The translations under genes were made by a program, and so were the position numbers. 64,000 bases of DNA from a virus, in IMG/VR virus record IMGVR_UViG_3300021471_000007, positions 1 through 64,000 of that record; one strand, written 5' to 3'. Numbering within the stretch: position 1 is the first letter of the stretch; the number at the start of each line of letters is the position of its first letter. Of this stretch, positions 55,787 through 64,000 are shown piece after piece. Below the pieces are notes generated by a model, which saw nothing but the letters and a program-made list of their open reading frames with translations, was not told the origin of the DNA and searched no databases.

Positions 55787-56132
55787 TCTTCCTCCTCCTG
55801 TCTTCCAATACTATTCCACAGGCAACCGCTCCAAATAAAGCAATCGAACTGTCTGTATTTATTCTAACGGATTGTTTGTCTGGAAAATCGTGTTTTAAGT
55901 CCAACCCAGTTCTTCCAAATAAATAAATTGCATCATCCGGATGCTTGAAGTTTTCAAGTGAAATATCTCCGTTCTCATCAAATATTACAATATTCTTTGC
56001 ATCAATCTCATTAATGTTATCAATCATTTTCAAATCAACACCATATGCTCTGCATGTCTGATCATATAAGCGATATTCTGTTCTTTTATTATCATACCAA
56101 CCCTTTTCTCTAACAGCAACAACAGTAATCAT
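55764..56132 (-). CDS. Minimal SPOUT (TrmL/TrmH-like) methyltransferase
   Basis: LENFKHPDDAIYLFG, VRINT, LFGAVACGIVLEDR knot-region motifs. Confidence 0.72.
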   Translation of the reverse strand: MITVVAVREKGWYDNKRTEYRLYDQTCRAYGVDLKMIDNINEIDAKNIVIFDENGDISLENFKHPDDAIYLFGRTGLDLKHDFPDKQSVRINTDSSIALFGAVACGIVLEDRRRKNVSHDNK

Positions 56133-56137
56133 TTATA

Positions 56138-56365
56138 TCACAATTTTATCATAGGATTTAATTCTTTAAACTCATCTAGCGGATACCATTCCTTCCATTC
56201 TGATCTACCAACAGATTTCGGAATTATTTTAACTTCAACAAATTTAACAGTAATTGTCTCACCTTCCTTTGCATTTGGTCCGATTGCAGGCACCTTATGT
56301 TTTATTACTTTCAAAGAAGTTGGATCAATTTCTCTTTCTTTGTGGTTTATATCAATTATTATCAT
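56138..56365 (-). CDS. Hypothetical protein
   Basis: GAGGTG RBS. Confidence 0.7.
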   Translation of the reverse strand: MIIIDINHKEREIDPTSLKVIKHKVPAIGPNAKEGETITVKFVEVKIIPKSVGRSEWKEWYPLDEFKELNPMIKL

Positions 56366-56374
56366 TTAAACACC

Positions 56375-58873
56375 TCATAAATAAGTAATTTGTATAGTCG
56401 CATATTTCTCACTCGAAATTGTAATAGAGCCATAATTAAGGTTTGCATACGCAAATACAAGCCTTCCGAAATCTATATAATCATTAATTATATTAAATGG
56501 ATTTAAATAATTAATTATTATTCTAAACGGTGCAACGCCCAAGGTAGGTCCAAGTGAACGTAGAGACAACGATTCCAACAAATCAACCATAAACACGTTT
56601 TGCGTACCATCTATAAGTTCTATAGACTCTAACAACATTCTCCCTGGCAGTTTTATAAATACATCATTTACTATCATGGACTCCAGTAATAAAAGCACAT
56701 ATGCTTTAGAAAAGATATCTGATAATACAATAATATCTGACATTGATATATATCTTCCTCTGTATATATTATCAACCAAAACAAGTGTATCGCTTATGGT
56801 TCTAATTCTGTCGGTGTATTTTATAAACGAATCAGCAAGCACAACCGATGCTGAATAATAAACACTAATTGCAGTATTTTTTACATCTTCTAGTGTTACT
56901 ACATCAGATATAGTTCTAATTGAAGCCTGCGTTCTATTATAAATATCATTTGTTTGTATAACAGATGATAATAGCTTATTCGCAATTCTGTTTGCTCCAT
57001 CATATAGTATTGTTGTATCTGATAAAATGCGAACAGAATCATATGTGCGCATATATAAATCATTCAAAGTCACAACATCGCTTAAATGTATTAGAGCAGA
57101 TTTTATTATATTATCGAGCAGTATCATTTCATCCGATATTGATTTGCTGATTGATCTATATAATGTATCATTAAGAGATGACTGTTCTTGCAACAGCTTC
57201 AATGATGTCTTTATAATGTTATCTGTAATAGTCACAACATCACTAAGAATAGTAAACATTTTATATAATTCTACATCCTGCAACATAACAACATCGTCAA
57301 TGGTTCTAATACCATCGTATATTCTATTATAAATGTCAGACGTCTGTATAGCAGTTATCAATATCTTATTTGCAATACGGTTTGACCCATCATAAAGAAC
57401 TGTAGTGTCAGATAAAAATCTAACCGAATCATATATACGCAAGTACAAATCATTAAGAACTATAACATCACTTAAATGTATCAGAGTAGATCTTGTTATT
57501 ATATCAACAGATGTCACAACATCCAATAATATTCTGCTCGTTGCCTTGTGCAAAACGTCATCAAAATATGTTTGATCCTTTAATATTTTTGATGTTAATT
57601 TAAGAACATTATCATTAATAGTTAATATATTATTAAGTACAAAAAGTGTTTTTAATGATCGCACGTCTTGTAATATAATTGAATCATCGGCACTTCTAAT
57701 TCCAGAATATGTTCTATTATAAACATCTGCTAGCTGCAATATAGATGAAAACAATTTTGAAACATACCTACCAGCACCATCACTAAGCAAAATTGTTTCT
57801 GTAAATGTCCTTATAAGAACAAATATGCTCGATATGGTATCATTAAGAACACATGCTTCTGATAGTGTGTGCGATAAACTCTTTGTTTTATAATCAGATA
57901 ACAATATGTTAGTAAGCTCAGTTCTATAATATGTTGAAATCCTACTAAATCCATCTACATAGACAACATAATCTGACAACACTTTATGTGAAGCTATGTT
58001 GCTACCGTCATATAACAACATGTTTTCTGTTTTAATTAATTGTGAATATTTGTTTACAGCATCACTCAAAACAACGTTTGATAATAATACTTTTTGTTGT
58101 ATTTTTGATGTTACATCAAATAATGTTATTGTATCGCCTAATAAACGTGTTGCATCTAATATATCAGATTCTGTATCAGATAAAATAATATTGTCAGAAA
58201 ATTCACGCATAATCAATGCAAGTGTGTCTATAACATCTGATAGTATAACAGCATCTGTCAAGTTCCTATACAAAGAAGAAGATTTTAATAGTGTATCAGA
58301 TAAAACAACAGCATCACTGTATTCACGAACAGCACCATAAATGCTGCTTGTTGTATCATCAATAATAATTTCAGAAGATAATAATTTTGATGTAAATATA
58401 TTTACATTGTCTGTCCCTGTTATAATGTCTGATAATGTTATCAATGCATTATAAGCACTACCGTCTTGTAATAAAATGCTATCTGATTGCTGACGCACCG
58501 CTGATAAAAGTCTGGTAGTTATGTCAGATATAATAAGTTCATCAGCATATTTGCGTACAACCATTAATGACTTAATTATAACATCAGACATAGTAATGTT
58601 TTCTGTTTGTTGTCGTGCAGCTGTTAAAGCTCTATTTAATGTGTCTGAAACAACAATTACATCCGTATTAAGTTTATGTGATCCTTTTATAATACTTGCA
58701 ATCAGAGTAGACTGTTCAGTCGAAATTCTATAAAAATTACCAACTTTAGAATAATTGTCTGCGGTTACAATAATGTCTGATTTAAATATCGATTGTTTTT
58801 TGTTTTTTGTATCAGATAATAACAAGGTTTCTGTTAAATTCTTTTTTATCTCCGCATAAAGAGGAATGGGCAT
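56375..58873 (-). CDS. 832-aa repeat fibre protein (about 19-aa repeats, about 130-aa higher-order duplication)
   Basis: Repeated SD.I.L.D; duplicated LIHLSDV..LNDLY.R.YDSVR.LSDTT.LYDG.NRIANK. Confidence 0.75.
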   Translation of the reverse strand: MPIPLYAEIKKNLTETLLLSDTKNKKQSIFKSDIIVTADNYSKVGNFYRISTEQSTLIASIIKGSHKLNTDVIVVSDTLNRALTAARQQTENITMSDVIIKSLMVVRKYADELIISDITTRLLSAVRQQSDSILLQDGSAYNALITLSDIITGTDNVNIFTSKLLSSEIIIDDTTSSIYGAVREYSDAVVLSDTLLKSSSLYRNLTDAVILSDVIDTLALIMREFSDNIILSDTESDILDATRLLGDTITLFDVTSKIQQKVLLSNVVLSDAVNKYSQLIKTENMLLYDGSNIASHKVLSDYVVYVDGFSRISTYYRTELTNILLSDYKTKSLSHTLSEACVLNDTISSIFVLIRTFTETILLSDGAGRYVSKLFSSILQLADVYNRTYSGIRSADDSIILQDVRSLKTLFVLNNILTINDNVLKLTSKILKDQTYFDDVLHKATSRILLDVVTSVDIITRSTLIHLSDVIVLNDLYLRIYDSVRFLSDTTVLYDGSNRIANKILITAIQTSDIYNRIYDGIRTIDDVVMLQDVELYKMFTILSDVVTITDNIIKTSLKLLQEQSSLNDTLYRSISKSISDEMILLDNIIKSALIHLSDVVTLNDLYMRTYDSVRILSDTTILYDGANRIANKLLSSVIQTNDIYNRTQASIRTISDVVTLEDVKNTAISVYYSASVVLADSFIKYTDRIRTISDTLVLVDNIYRGRYISMSDIIVLSDIFSKAYVLLLLESMIVNDVFIKLPGRMLLESIELIDGTQNVFMVDLLESLSLRSLGPTLGVAPFRIIINYLNPFNIINDYIDFGRLVFAYANLNYGSITISSEKYATIQITYL

Positions 58874-61800
58874 TTAGCTCACCGCCTGCATATCGATATC
58901 TACATTCGGATTACCAGAAACATAACTACAATTTGCATACAACCAAACGTTCTTTTCCTCACTAGCAGCAACATCATTCCAAAGTGTCTGCCAAGAATTG
59001 GATAGTAAAATACAGTTGGACGATGTTTTTGGATCTGTGCTAGATGCATTACAAGACCAAAGTTTCCAACCATCGGCTAATGTGCCGATATACTCTATCT
59101 GGAAATCTCCTGTTGCAGTACCATTGTTCGTTGCATTTATTATTCCATGAGTATCTGTTTGGTATTGTGGTTCACTTGGATAATATTCCCAATCTGGAGA
59201 ACAGTTTACAAACATAATTCTTGTTGCACCAGTATTCGAATTTATCGAATATTCTATGTCTGGTGCTCCAGGGTTTTGACTAATCTCCTCTGCTATTGGA
59301 TGATAATCGGTATTGTCTATATCTAATATATATGCATCATCACAGAAACCATCAGAATTTGTATCCTTACAATTATCAGATTCGCTATATCCGCTTCCAT
59401 CTGGTTTAAACCAAGCATTGCCCCAAATGTATCCTAAACTATCATTCCAAATGTTTGTTCCTGTTTGATAAGAAGTATTCCAATCATTTGCATATACTGT
59501 TCCAACAAAACCAAAACTATCTGTGTTATTAAGTATGTTATTATAAATTGTATTTGAACCAGCACCTTTATATAAATAAATACCACAATATGAATTATCT
59601 TGTAGTTTTGAATCTTTTATAATATTAAAATCAGAACTATATAGATATAACCCATATGTATTTGAATTGGATGTGATATCAGTTAAATTATTAGAATCAG
59701 AGCTATAAAAATACAATCCATAGCTATTATAATCGGTTGTAATATTAGTTAAGTTGTTATAATCTGAGGAACCATATAAATATAAACCAGCAGCACTGTT
59801 TGAATTTGATGTAATATTAAACAAGCTGTTAGAATCAGAATGTAATATATGTAAACCATTGTGGTTGGAATTTGCTGTGATGTTAGTTATTATATTAGAA
59901 TTAGCATTATCGAGACAAATTCCACCAGCATTCCAATCTGTAACAACACAATTTTTTATAGTTATATTTGTATTAGTTGATGAATCTCTATAAACATAAA
60001 TTCCATACTCGGTCGTGTCATTTCCATCAATCGTATGATGTTTGCAATCAAAAATAATATTATTAGCACTTATGTTTATGCAAGGTGTAGTTGATGAATC
60101 CGTTATATTATTATCCAAATAATAAATGCCACCGTCTACATTTAAATTAGAACAATCTGTTAAATGTGGATTGTATGTCGTTTCAAAACTATAAACATCT
60201 GAGGCATTCCAATTGTCGTTACTATCATTTGCATATACTTTCCAAGCAATTGTTGCTCCTACTGTCGAATTTACAACTTTCGTAACGTTTGACCAATTCA
60301 TTGTTCCTGACATTGATACCCAAGAGTCATTCATCCAATTATCTTTTACTATTTTCCAATATATTTTTTCTTCATATATTTTAGCACCATCCTCATCACC
60401 TTCTCCAATAGGAACTGTGGATACCCAACTCGAACCATTCCAACATTGTGCATCAAAAGTTGTTCCAAATGCACTTATATATATTCTTAACTGCAAAATA
60501 TTTTGATTCCAGCAATCGCCTAAAGTATAATTTAAAGGATATGCACCACCCTCATCTGATATTACTTCCCATCGAGTTTCATTTATGGCTCCGTTGGGAA
60601 CAGTATAATTTACATAAGCATAGGTATCAGAGAACGCATCCGATTGTGTTGAATATGTTATATCATTACCATCATACCAATTATTGTTATCGAGATTTGT
60701 AGAAGAATAACTTCCTGTTCCTAATCCACCACAATCTGTGGACTCGTTTGCAAATTCTTGATAGCAAATTATATTCTGAAATCCGCAACTTGTCCCATTC
60801 CAAGTCCCATTACAAAAGCTGAAGATGTATCCAGATAACCCAACATTATCATTCCATTTTAGCCTGTGTTCAACTGGTGTTCCCGCTAATGTTGAATTCG
60901 TAGAATTGTCTGAATATGTTGGAGGCATTTTTTCAGTTATTCCAATTTCTTTAGCTATTGGATGATAATCTATGTTATCGCTTGATAATTCATAAGAATT
61001 GTCGCAGAAACCATCGTTGTTATTATCATTACAAGTATATTCACTAAATCCCGTTCCATCTGGCTTAAACCATGCGTTTCCCCATATATATCCTAAACTA
61101 CTATTCCAGATGTTCGTTCCAGATTGATATGATGTGCTATAATTATTATAGTAATTCGGTGCTCCATTATAATTGGCTGTGTTATTAAATAAGTTGTTAT
61201 ATATTTTGTTTGGGTCATTATATCCTGCTGTGTCTTTGACTCTTATACCGTATTGATTAGAATTCTTAATTACACAATCCTTAATAATATTATTTGAAAC
61301 ATAGCTTTGGAGTTTTATTCCGTTTCCGTTGTTATCGAGAGTTATATCTGATATTTCATTATATTTTGAATTTGAACCCTCTAAAATTACCCCAGCATGA
61401 CTATTCCAAGTATCTCCCGAAGAAGTTCCTTTAATTGTTGAATTCTTTAATATACCATATCCAGCGTAATAAATAAGAATTCCATAATCCCCTCCATCGG
61501 ATATAACATCAGATATGTTAAAATAATCACACCATGCTACCTGAATTCCAGATGTATCCGAAATATTGACATCATAAATTGTAACATTATCAGCGTAATA
61601 TACATCTATAGCTCTTCTATACCAATCACTTATGCTACAATTTTTTATTGTTACATTAGCTGTTTCTTTTGAGCTTCTGGAAATTTTAATCCCATAATCA
61701 CCAGCCCATCCCTTTCCATCTATCGTAAATCCTTTGCAATCAAAGGTTACATTATTAGCTGTTATATCCATACAATAACTTGTAGACGAATCTGTTATAT

Positions 61801-63580
61801 TGTTAGCCAAATAATAAATACCGTTTGGAATATCTAACACAGAACAATCCGTAATGGTTATATTAGATATATTTATATATGTCACATTTAAATATGGCCT
61901 ATCTGCGGTTGTTGAATATTCTTTTGAATAAAGATCGATATACCAATAACTTCCATAATTAAAATCCGGTGTAGCATTCATTACAAAGCTTACATTATCT
62001 TTTCCAGAATCATATTCGGAGTCAACCCAACTAGTCACATTAAAACCATGGAACGTTCCTAACTTATCATATGTTGCATTAAGAGTAGTTTTTGATATAA
62101 GACTGCCAATATCAGAACTCATGTTGGATTGATTCCACCATATATCATCTTCGTTCCATGTCTGGTTATCTAATTCATATATAGTAATGTTTTCAACACC
62201 AGCTTCAAGTCCATTGTCTTTGAGATATAACATAGCATTTGTCACCGGGCCACCTATAGAGCTAATATTAAATTTTATATATATCATTCTGTAAGCATCT
62301 GTTCCATCATGCGCTAAACCAAGTATACTGTTGCTTCCATATTGTATATCTTGTTGTTTAATTGTCCCAACATCTTCCAAATTTTCAGTATTGGCTTCTT
62401 GTAACTTAACCGTAGGATCTAAATACAAATTTCCGTTTTCGATATTATTTGTGATGTTTCCTATTAATATTCTTCTGTTTGTTAAATCTAAATCGACTGT
62501 ATACTTGTTAAGCAGGTCATCAAAGTATAATCCCATTTTTTTAACAACAAATCTCTTTTTTGCACCCTTTAAATCATTTAATGAAAAACCATAGTGCTCT
62601 TTATATGTCAATGTAATAAAATCAATGTTTGGTTGTATATCAGCAGATATGTTTGAAATGTTTACCGCATATTTCCAATATGTCTGATGTTTTTCTGTTG
62701 GAAACGATATTGACATTTCTGGATGTGATTGCATAACATTGTTAAATGAATGATAATTACCATTATAAATAACTCCGGCTTCAAATGTTATGTTATAATA
62801 TTCATCCTTGCCATTATAATGAAATGTTATATCGTCTCCATTTTTTGTTATGTAAAAAACATCTGAAGCATTTATCCATTTACCATTATTGTCTTGAGCA
62901 TACATAACACCAGAGTATATAGTTCTAGAACATTCTTGAACCGTTATGTTATTCCATCTACAAACCTCACCGTATCCACCACTACAATAAATAGTTCCGT
63001 TTTCATAGGAATCCCAATCTAAACATTGATTATTACATATATATTTTGATTTTAGAACGGGGTGACAAACCTCATCCCAATCTTTTCCGTATTTTTTTAT
63101 AGCATTACTAATTCCATACCAATATGGATCTATGTCTCCAAAACTCCATTTGATATCTTGATGAGGATTAAATTTATAACCAACAAATCTTATCTGATAA
63201 TTTTTTCCTTTGCTAAATTTAACTGCATATTTAACTTTAGAATTCCATGTTTTATTTAAATAAATAGTTCTCCAAGAGTCACCCCAACTACGCTGCAATA
63301 TAACTTCTTTGATTGGTGGTGTTGTACTAAACGTCCAATTCTGATTAGGATAAATATAAATGTCAGTATTTGCTGTGAAATTGATATAAGCATAACAAGG
63401 ATCCTCTTCTGTTCCTGCACAAGTCATATTCCCCGAGTAACCTGTTACAGTAATGTCACCACGTTGCATGAGTAACATAAATAAAATGAAAATAGGTATG
63501 CCTACTGCACCAATCTTCTTCATATATCTTTTGATTGTGTCATAGTAGACACGCCTATACTTTACCATGTCTTTTACCAA
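58874..63580 (-). CDS. 1568-aa membrane-anchored adhesin-like protein (DNRLRE/CBM96-like, duplicated NosD-like beta-helices)
   Basis: TM IGAVGIPIFILFMLL; YIKFNIS...W.EDDI.WN...SKE...RPYL.V; two NIWN.SLGYIWGNAWFKPDG.G.SE modules; many NxS/T sequons. Confidence 0.8.
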   Translation of the reverse strand: MVKDMVKYRRVYYDTIKRYMKKIGAVGIPIFILFMLLMQRGDITVTGYSGNMTCAGTEEDPCYAYINFTANTDIYIYPNQNWTFSTTPPIKEVILQRSWGDSWRTIYLNKTWNSKVKYAVKFSKGKNYQIRFVGYKFNPHQDIKWSFGDIDPYWYGISNAIKKYGKDWDEVCHPVLKSKYICNNQCLDWDSYENGTIYCSGGYGEVCRWNNITVQECSRTIYSGVMYAQDNNGKWINASDVFYITKNGDDITFHYNGKDEYYNITFEAGVIYNGNYHSFNNVMQSHPEMSISFPTEKHQTYWKYAVNISNISADIQPNIDFITLTYKEHYGFSLNDLKGAKKRFVVKKMGLYFDDLLNKYTVDLDLTNRRILIGNITNNIENGNLYLDPTVKLQEANTENLEDVGTIKQQDIQYGSNSILGLAHDGTDAYRMIYIKFNISSIGGPVTNAMLYLKDNGLEAGVENITIYELDNQTWNEDDIWWNQSNMSSDIGSLISKTTLNATYDKLGTFHGFNVTSWVDSEYDSGKDNVSFVMNATPDFNYGSYWYIDLYSKEYSTTADRPYLNVTYINISNITITDCSVLDIPNGIYYLANNITDSSTSYCMDITANNVTFDCKGFTIDGKGWAGDYGIKISRSSKETANVTIKNCSISDWYRRAIDVYYADNVTIYDVNISDTSGIQVAWCDYFNISDVISDGGDYGILIYYAGYGILKNSTIKGTSSGDTWNSHAGVILEGSNSKYNEISDITLDNNGNGIKLQSYVSNNIIKDCVIKNSNQYGIRVKDTAGYNDPNKIYNNLFNNTANYNGAPNYYNNYSTSYQSGTNIWNSSLGYIWGNAWFKPDGTGFSEYTCNDNNNDGFCDNSYELSSDNIDYHPIAKEIGITEKMPPTYSDNSTNSTLAGTPVEHRLKWNDNVGLSGYIFSFCNGTWNGTSCGFQNIICYQEFANESTDCGGLGTGSYSSTNLDNNNWYDGNDITYSTQSDAFSDTYAYVNYTVPNGAINETRWEVISDEGGAYPLNYTLGDCWNQNILQLRIYISAFGTTFDAQCWNGSSWVSTVPIGEGDEDGAKIYEEKIYWKIVKDNWMNDSWVSMSGTMNWSNVTKVVNSTVGATIAWKVYANDSNDNWNASDVYSFETTYNPHLTDCSNLNVDGGIYYLDNNITDSSTTPCINISANNIIFDCKHHTIDGNDTTEYGIYVYRDSSTNTNITIKNCVVTDWNAGGICLDNANSNIITNITANSNHNGLHILHSDSNSLFNITSNSNSAAGLYLYGSSDYNNLTNITTDYNSYGLYFYSSDSNNLTDITSNSNTYGLYLYSSDFNIIKDSKLQDNSYCGIYLYKGAGSNTIYNNILNNTDSFGFVGTVYANDWNTSYQTGTNIWNDSLGYIWGNAWFKPDGSGYSESDNCKDTNSDGFCDDAYILDIDNTDYHPIAEEISQNPGAPDIEYSINSNTGATRIMFVNCSPDWEYYPSEPQYQTDTHGIINATNNGTATGDFQIEYIGTLADGWKLWSCNASSTDPKTSSNCILLSNSWQTLWNDVAASEEKNVWLYANCSYVSGNPNVDIDMQAVS

Positions 63581-63998
63581 ATGTCATTTTTTTGCCTGTG
63601 AGTTTGTTCCATGTGTCACGGGTCTGCATTTGCAACGTTGCCGCTTGATATAACAAATGATTTATGTGCCACAAACCAACTGTCTTATAGTGTTCACAAA
63701 TGTGTTTCACGGAAACATAGATCTTAAACTTGTTCTTTTTTACCTTTTGCGAAAACGAATAATCCTCGCTATATGCTATGTCTCCCCAATCGTTATATTG
63801 GAACCTAAACCAGTTTGATTTTATTTTTTCTAAAACATCGCGTCTTATAACAATACACCCGCATCCAACACCATCAACTTCAATCAGACCGTCTTTATCT
63901 ACTTCATTGTTTATTTCAGACAGGTTTACCATTGTATACATTTTTTTGCTATTCATTTTCATTACAAGCGGATGTGGTATGCCATTTTGCATTCCCAT
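63555..63998 (-). CDS. GT-A glycosyltransferase (5'-truncated by the window edge)
   Basis: GCGCIVIRRDVLEKI, SED..F, C.H. Confidence 0.75.
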   Translation of the reverse strand: MGMQNGIPHPLVMKMNSKKMYTMVNLSEINNEVDKDGLIEVDGVGCGCIVIRRDVLEKIKSNWFRFQYNDWGDIAYSEDYSFSQKVKKNKFKIYVSVKHICEHYKTVGLWHINHLLYQAATLQMQTRDTWNKLTGKKMTFGKRHGKV

Positions 63999-64000
63999 AA

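Larger units (their letters stand above)
1..64000. mobile_element. Tailed archaeal virus (Caudoviricetes, siphovirus-like) genome segment
   Basis: HK97-type capsid, protease, adaptor, tail tube, tape measure and hub genes on the minus strand; replication genes on the plus strand; archaeal RBS and TATA promoters; no block of cellular housekeeping genes. Confidence 0.92.

Noticed and set aside
32816-63998. Diversity-generating retroelement acting on the adhesins
   Set aside because: No reverse transcriptase and no TR/VR pair differing only at adenines was seen in this window
1-64000. Integrated provirus boundaries or alternative genetic code
   Set aside because: No integrase, att site or host genes are visible; genes are intact and tightly packed under the standard code with all three stop codons used

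Overview
This window is most of the genome of a tailed (HK97-fold, siphovirus-like) virus whose host is very probably an archaeon. The host call rests on GGAGGTGA/GGTGA ribosome-binding sites, BRE+TTTATATA promoters including leaderless genes, an archaeal-type RNase HII and an AEP primase with a PriX-like domain; a DPANN-type host is only an inference from the style of the surface-protein domains. There are two converging arms that meet at about 28.58 kb. The plus arm has: a palindrome- and repeat-rich non-coding end (1-780); a mirror-symmetric operator array around a small DNA-binding gene (1.6-2.7 kb); a roughly 500-nt structured RNA candidate; an early island of small paralogous genes, seven of which share an N-terminal xxxxLxDY tag; a GATase-II + amidoligase + two Zn-hydrolase-fold operon with a distant gamma-glutamylcyclotransferase; and replication/modification genes (primase, RNase HII, AAA+ helicase, Holliday junction resolvase, Cas4-like nuclease, DNA MTase, glycosyltransferases, SemiSWEET). 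The minus arm is morphogenesis: an intein-containing phosphoesterase, holin-like gene, tail hub, tape measure, chaperone with a candidate -1 frameshift, duplicated tail tube genes, head-tail joining genes, major capsid protein, prohead protease, and a 15-kb block of large fibre/adhesin genes containing a SPOUT methyltransferase. The first 14 kb is almost free of GATC, unlike the rest. No portal, large terminase, integrase, tRNA or CRISPR array was recognised in the window. All functional calls come from motif recognition by eye; no database search was run.
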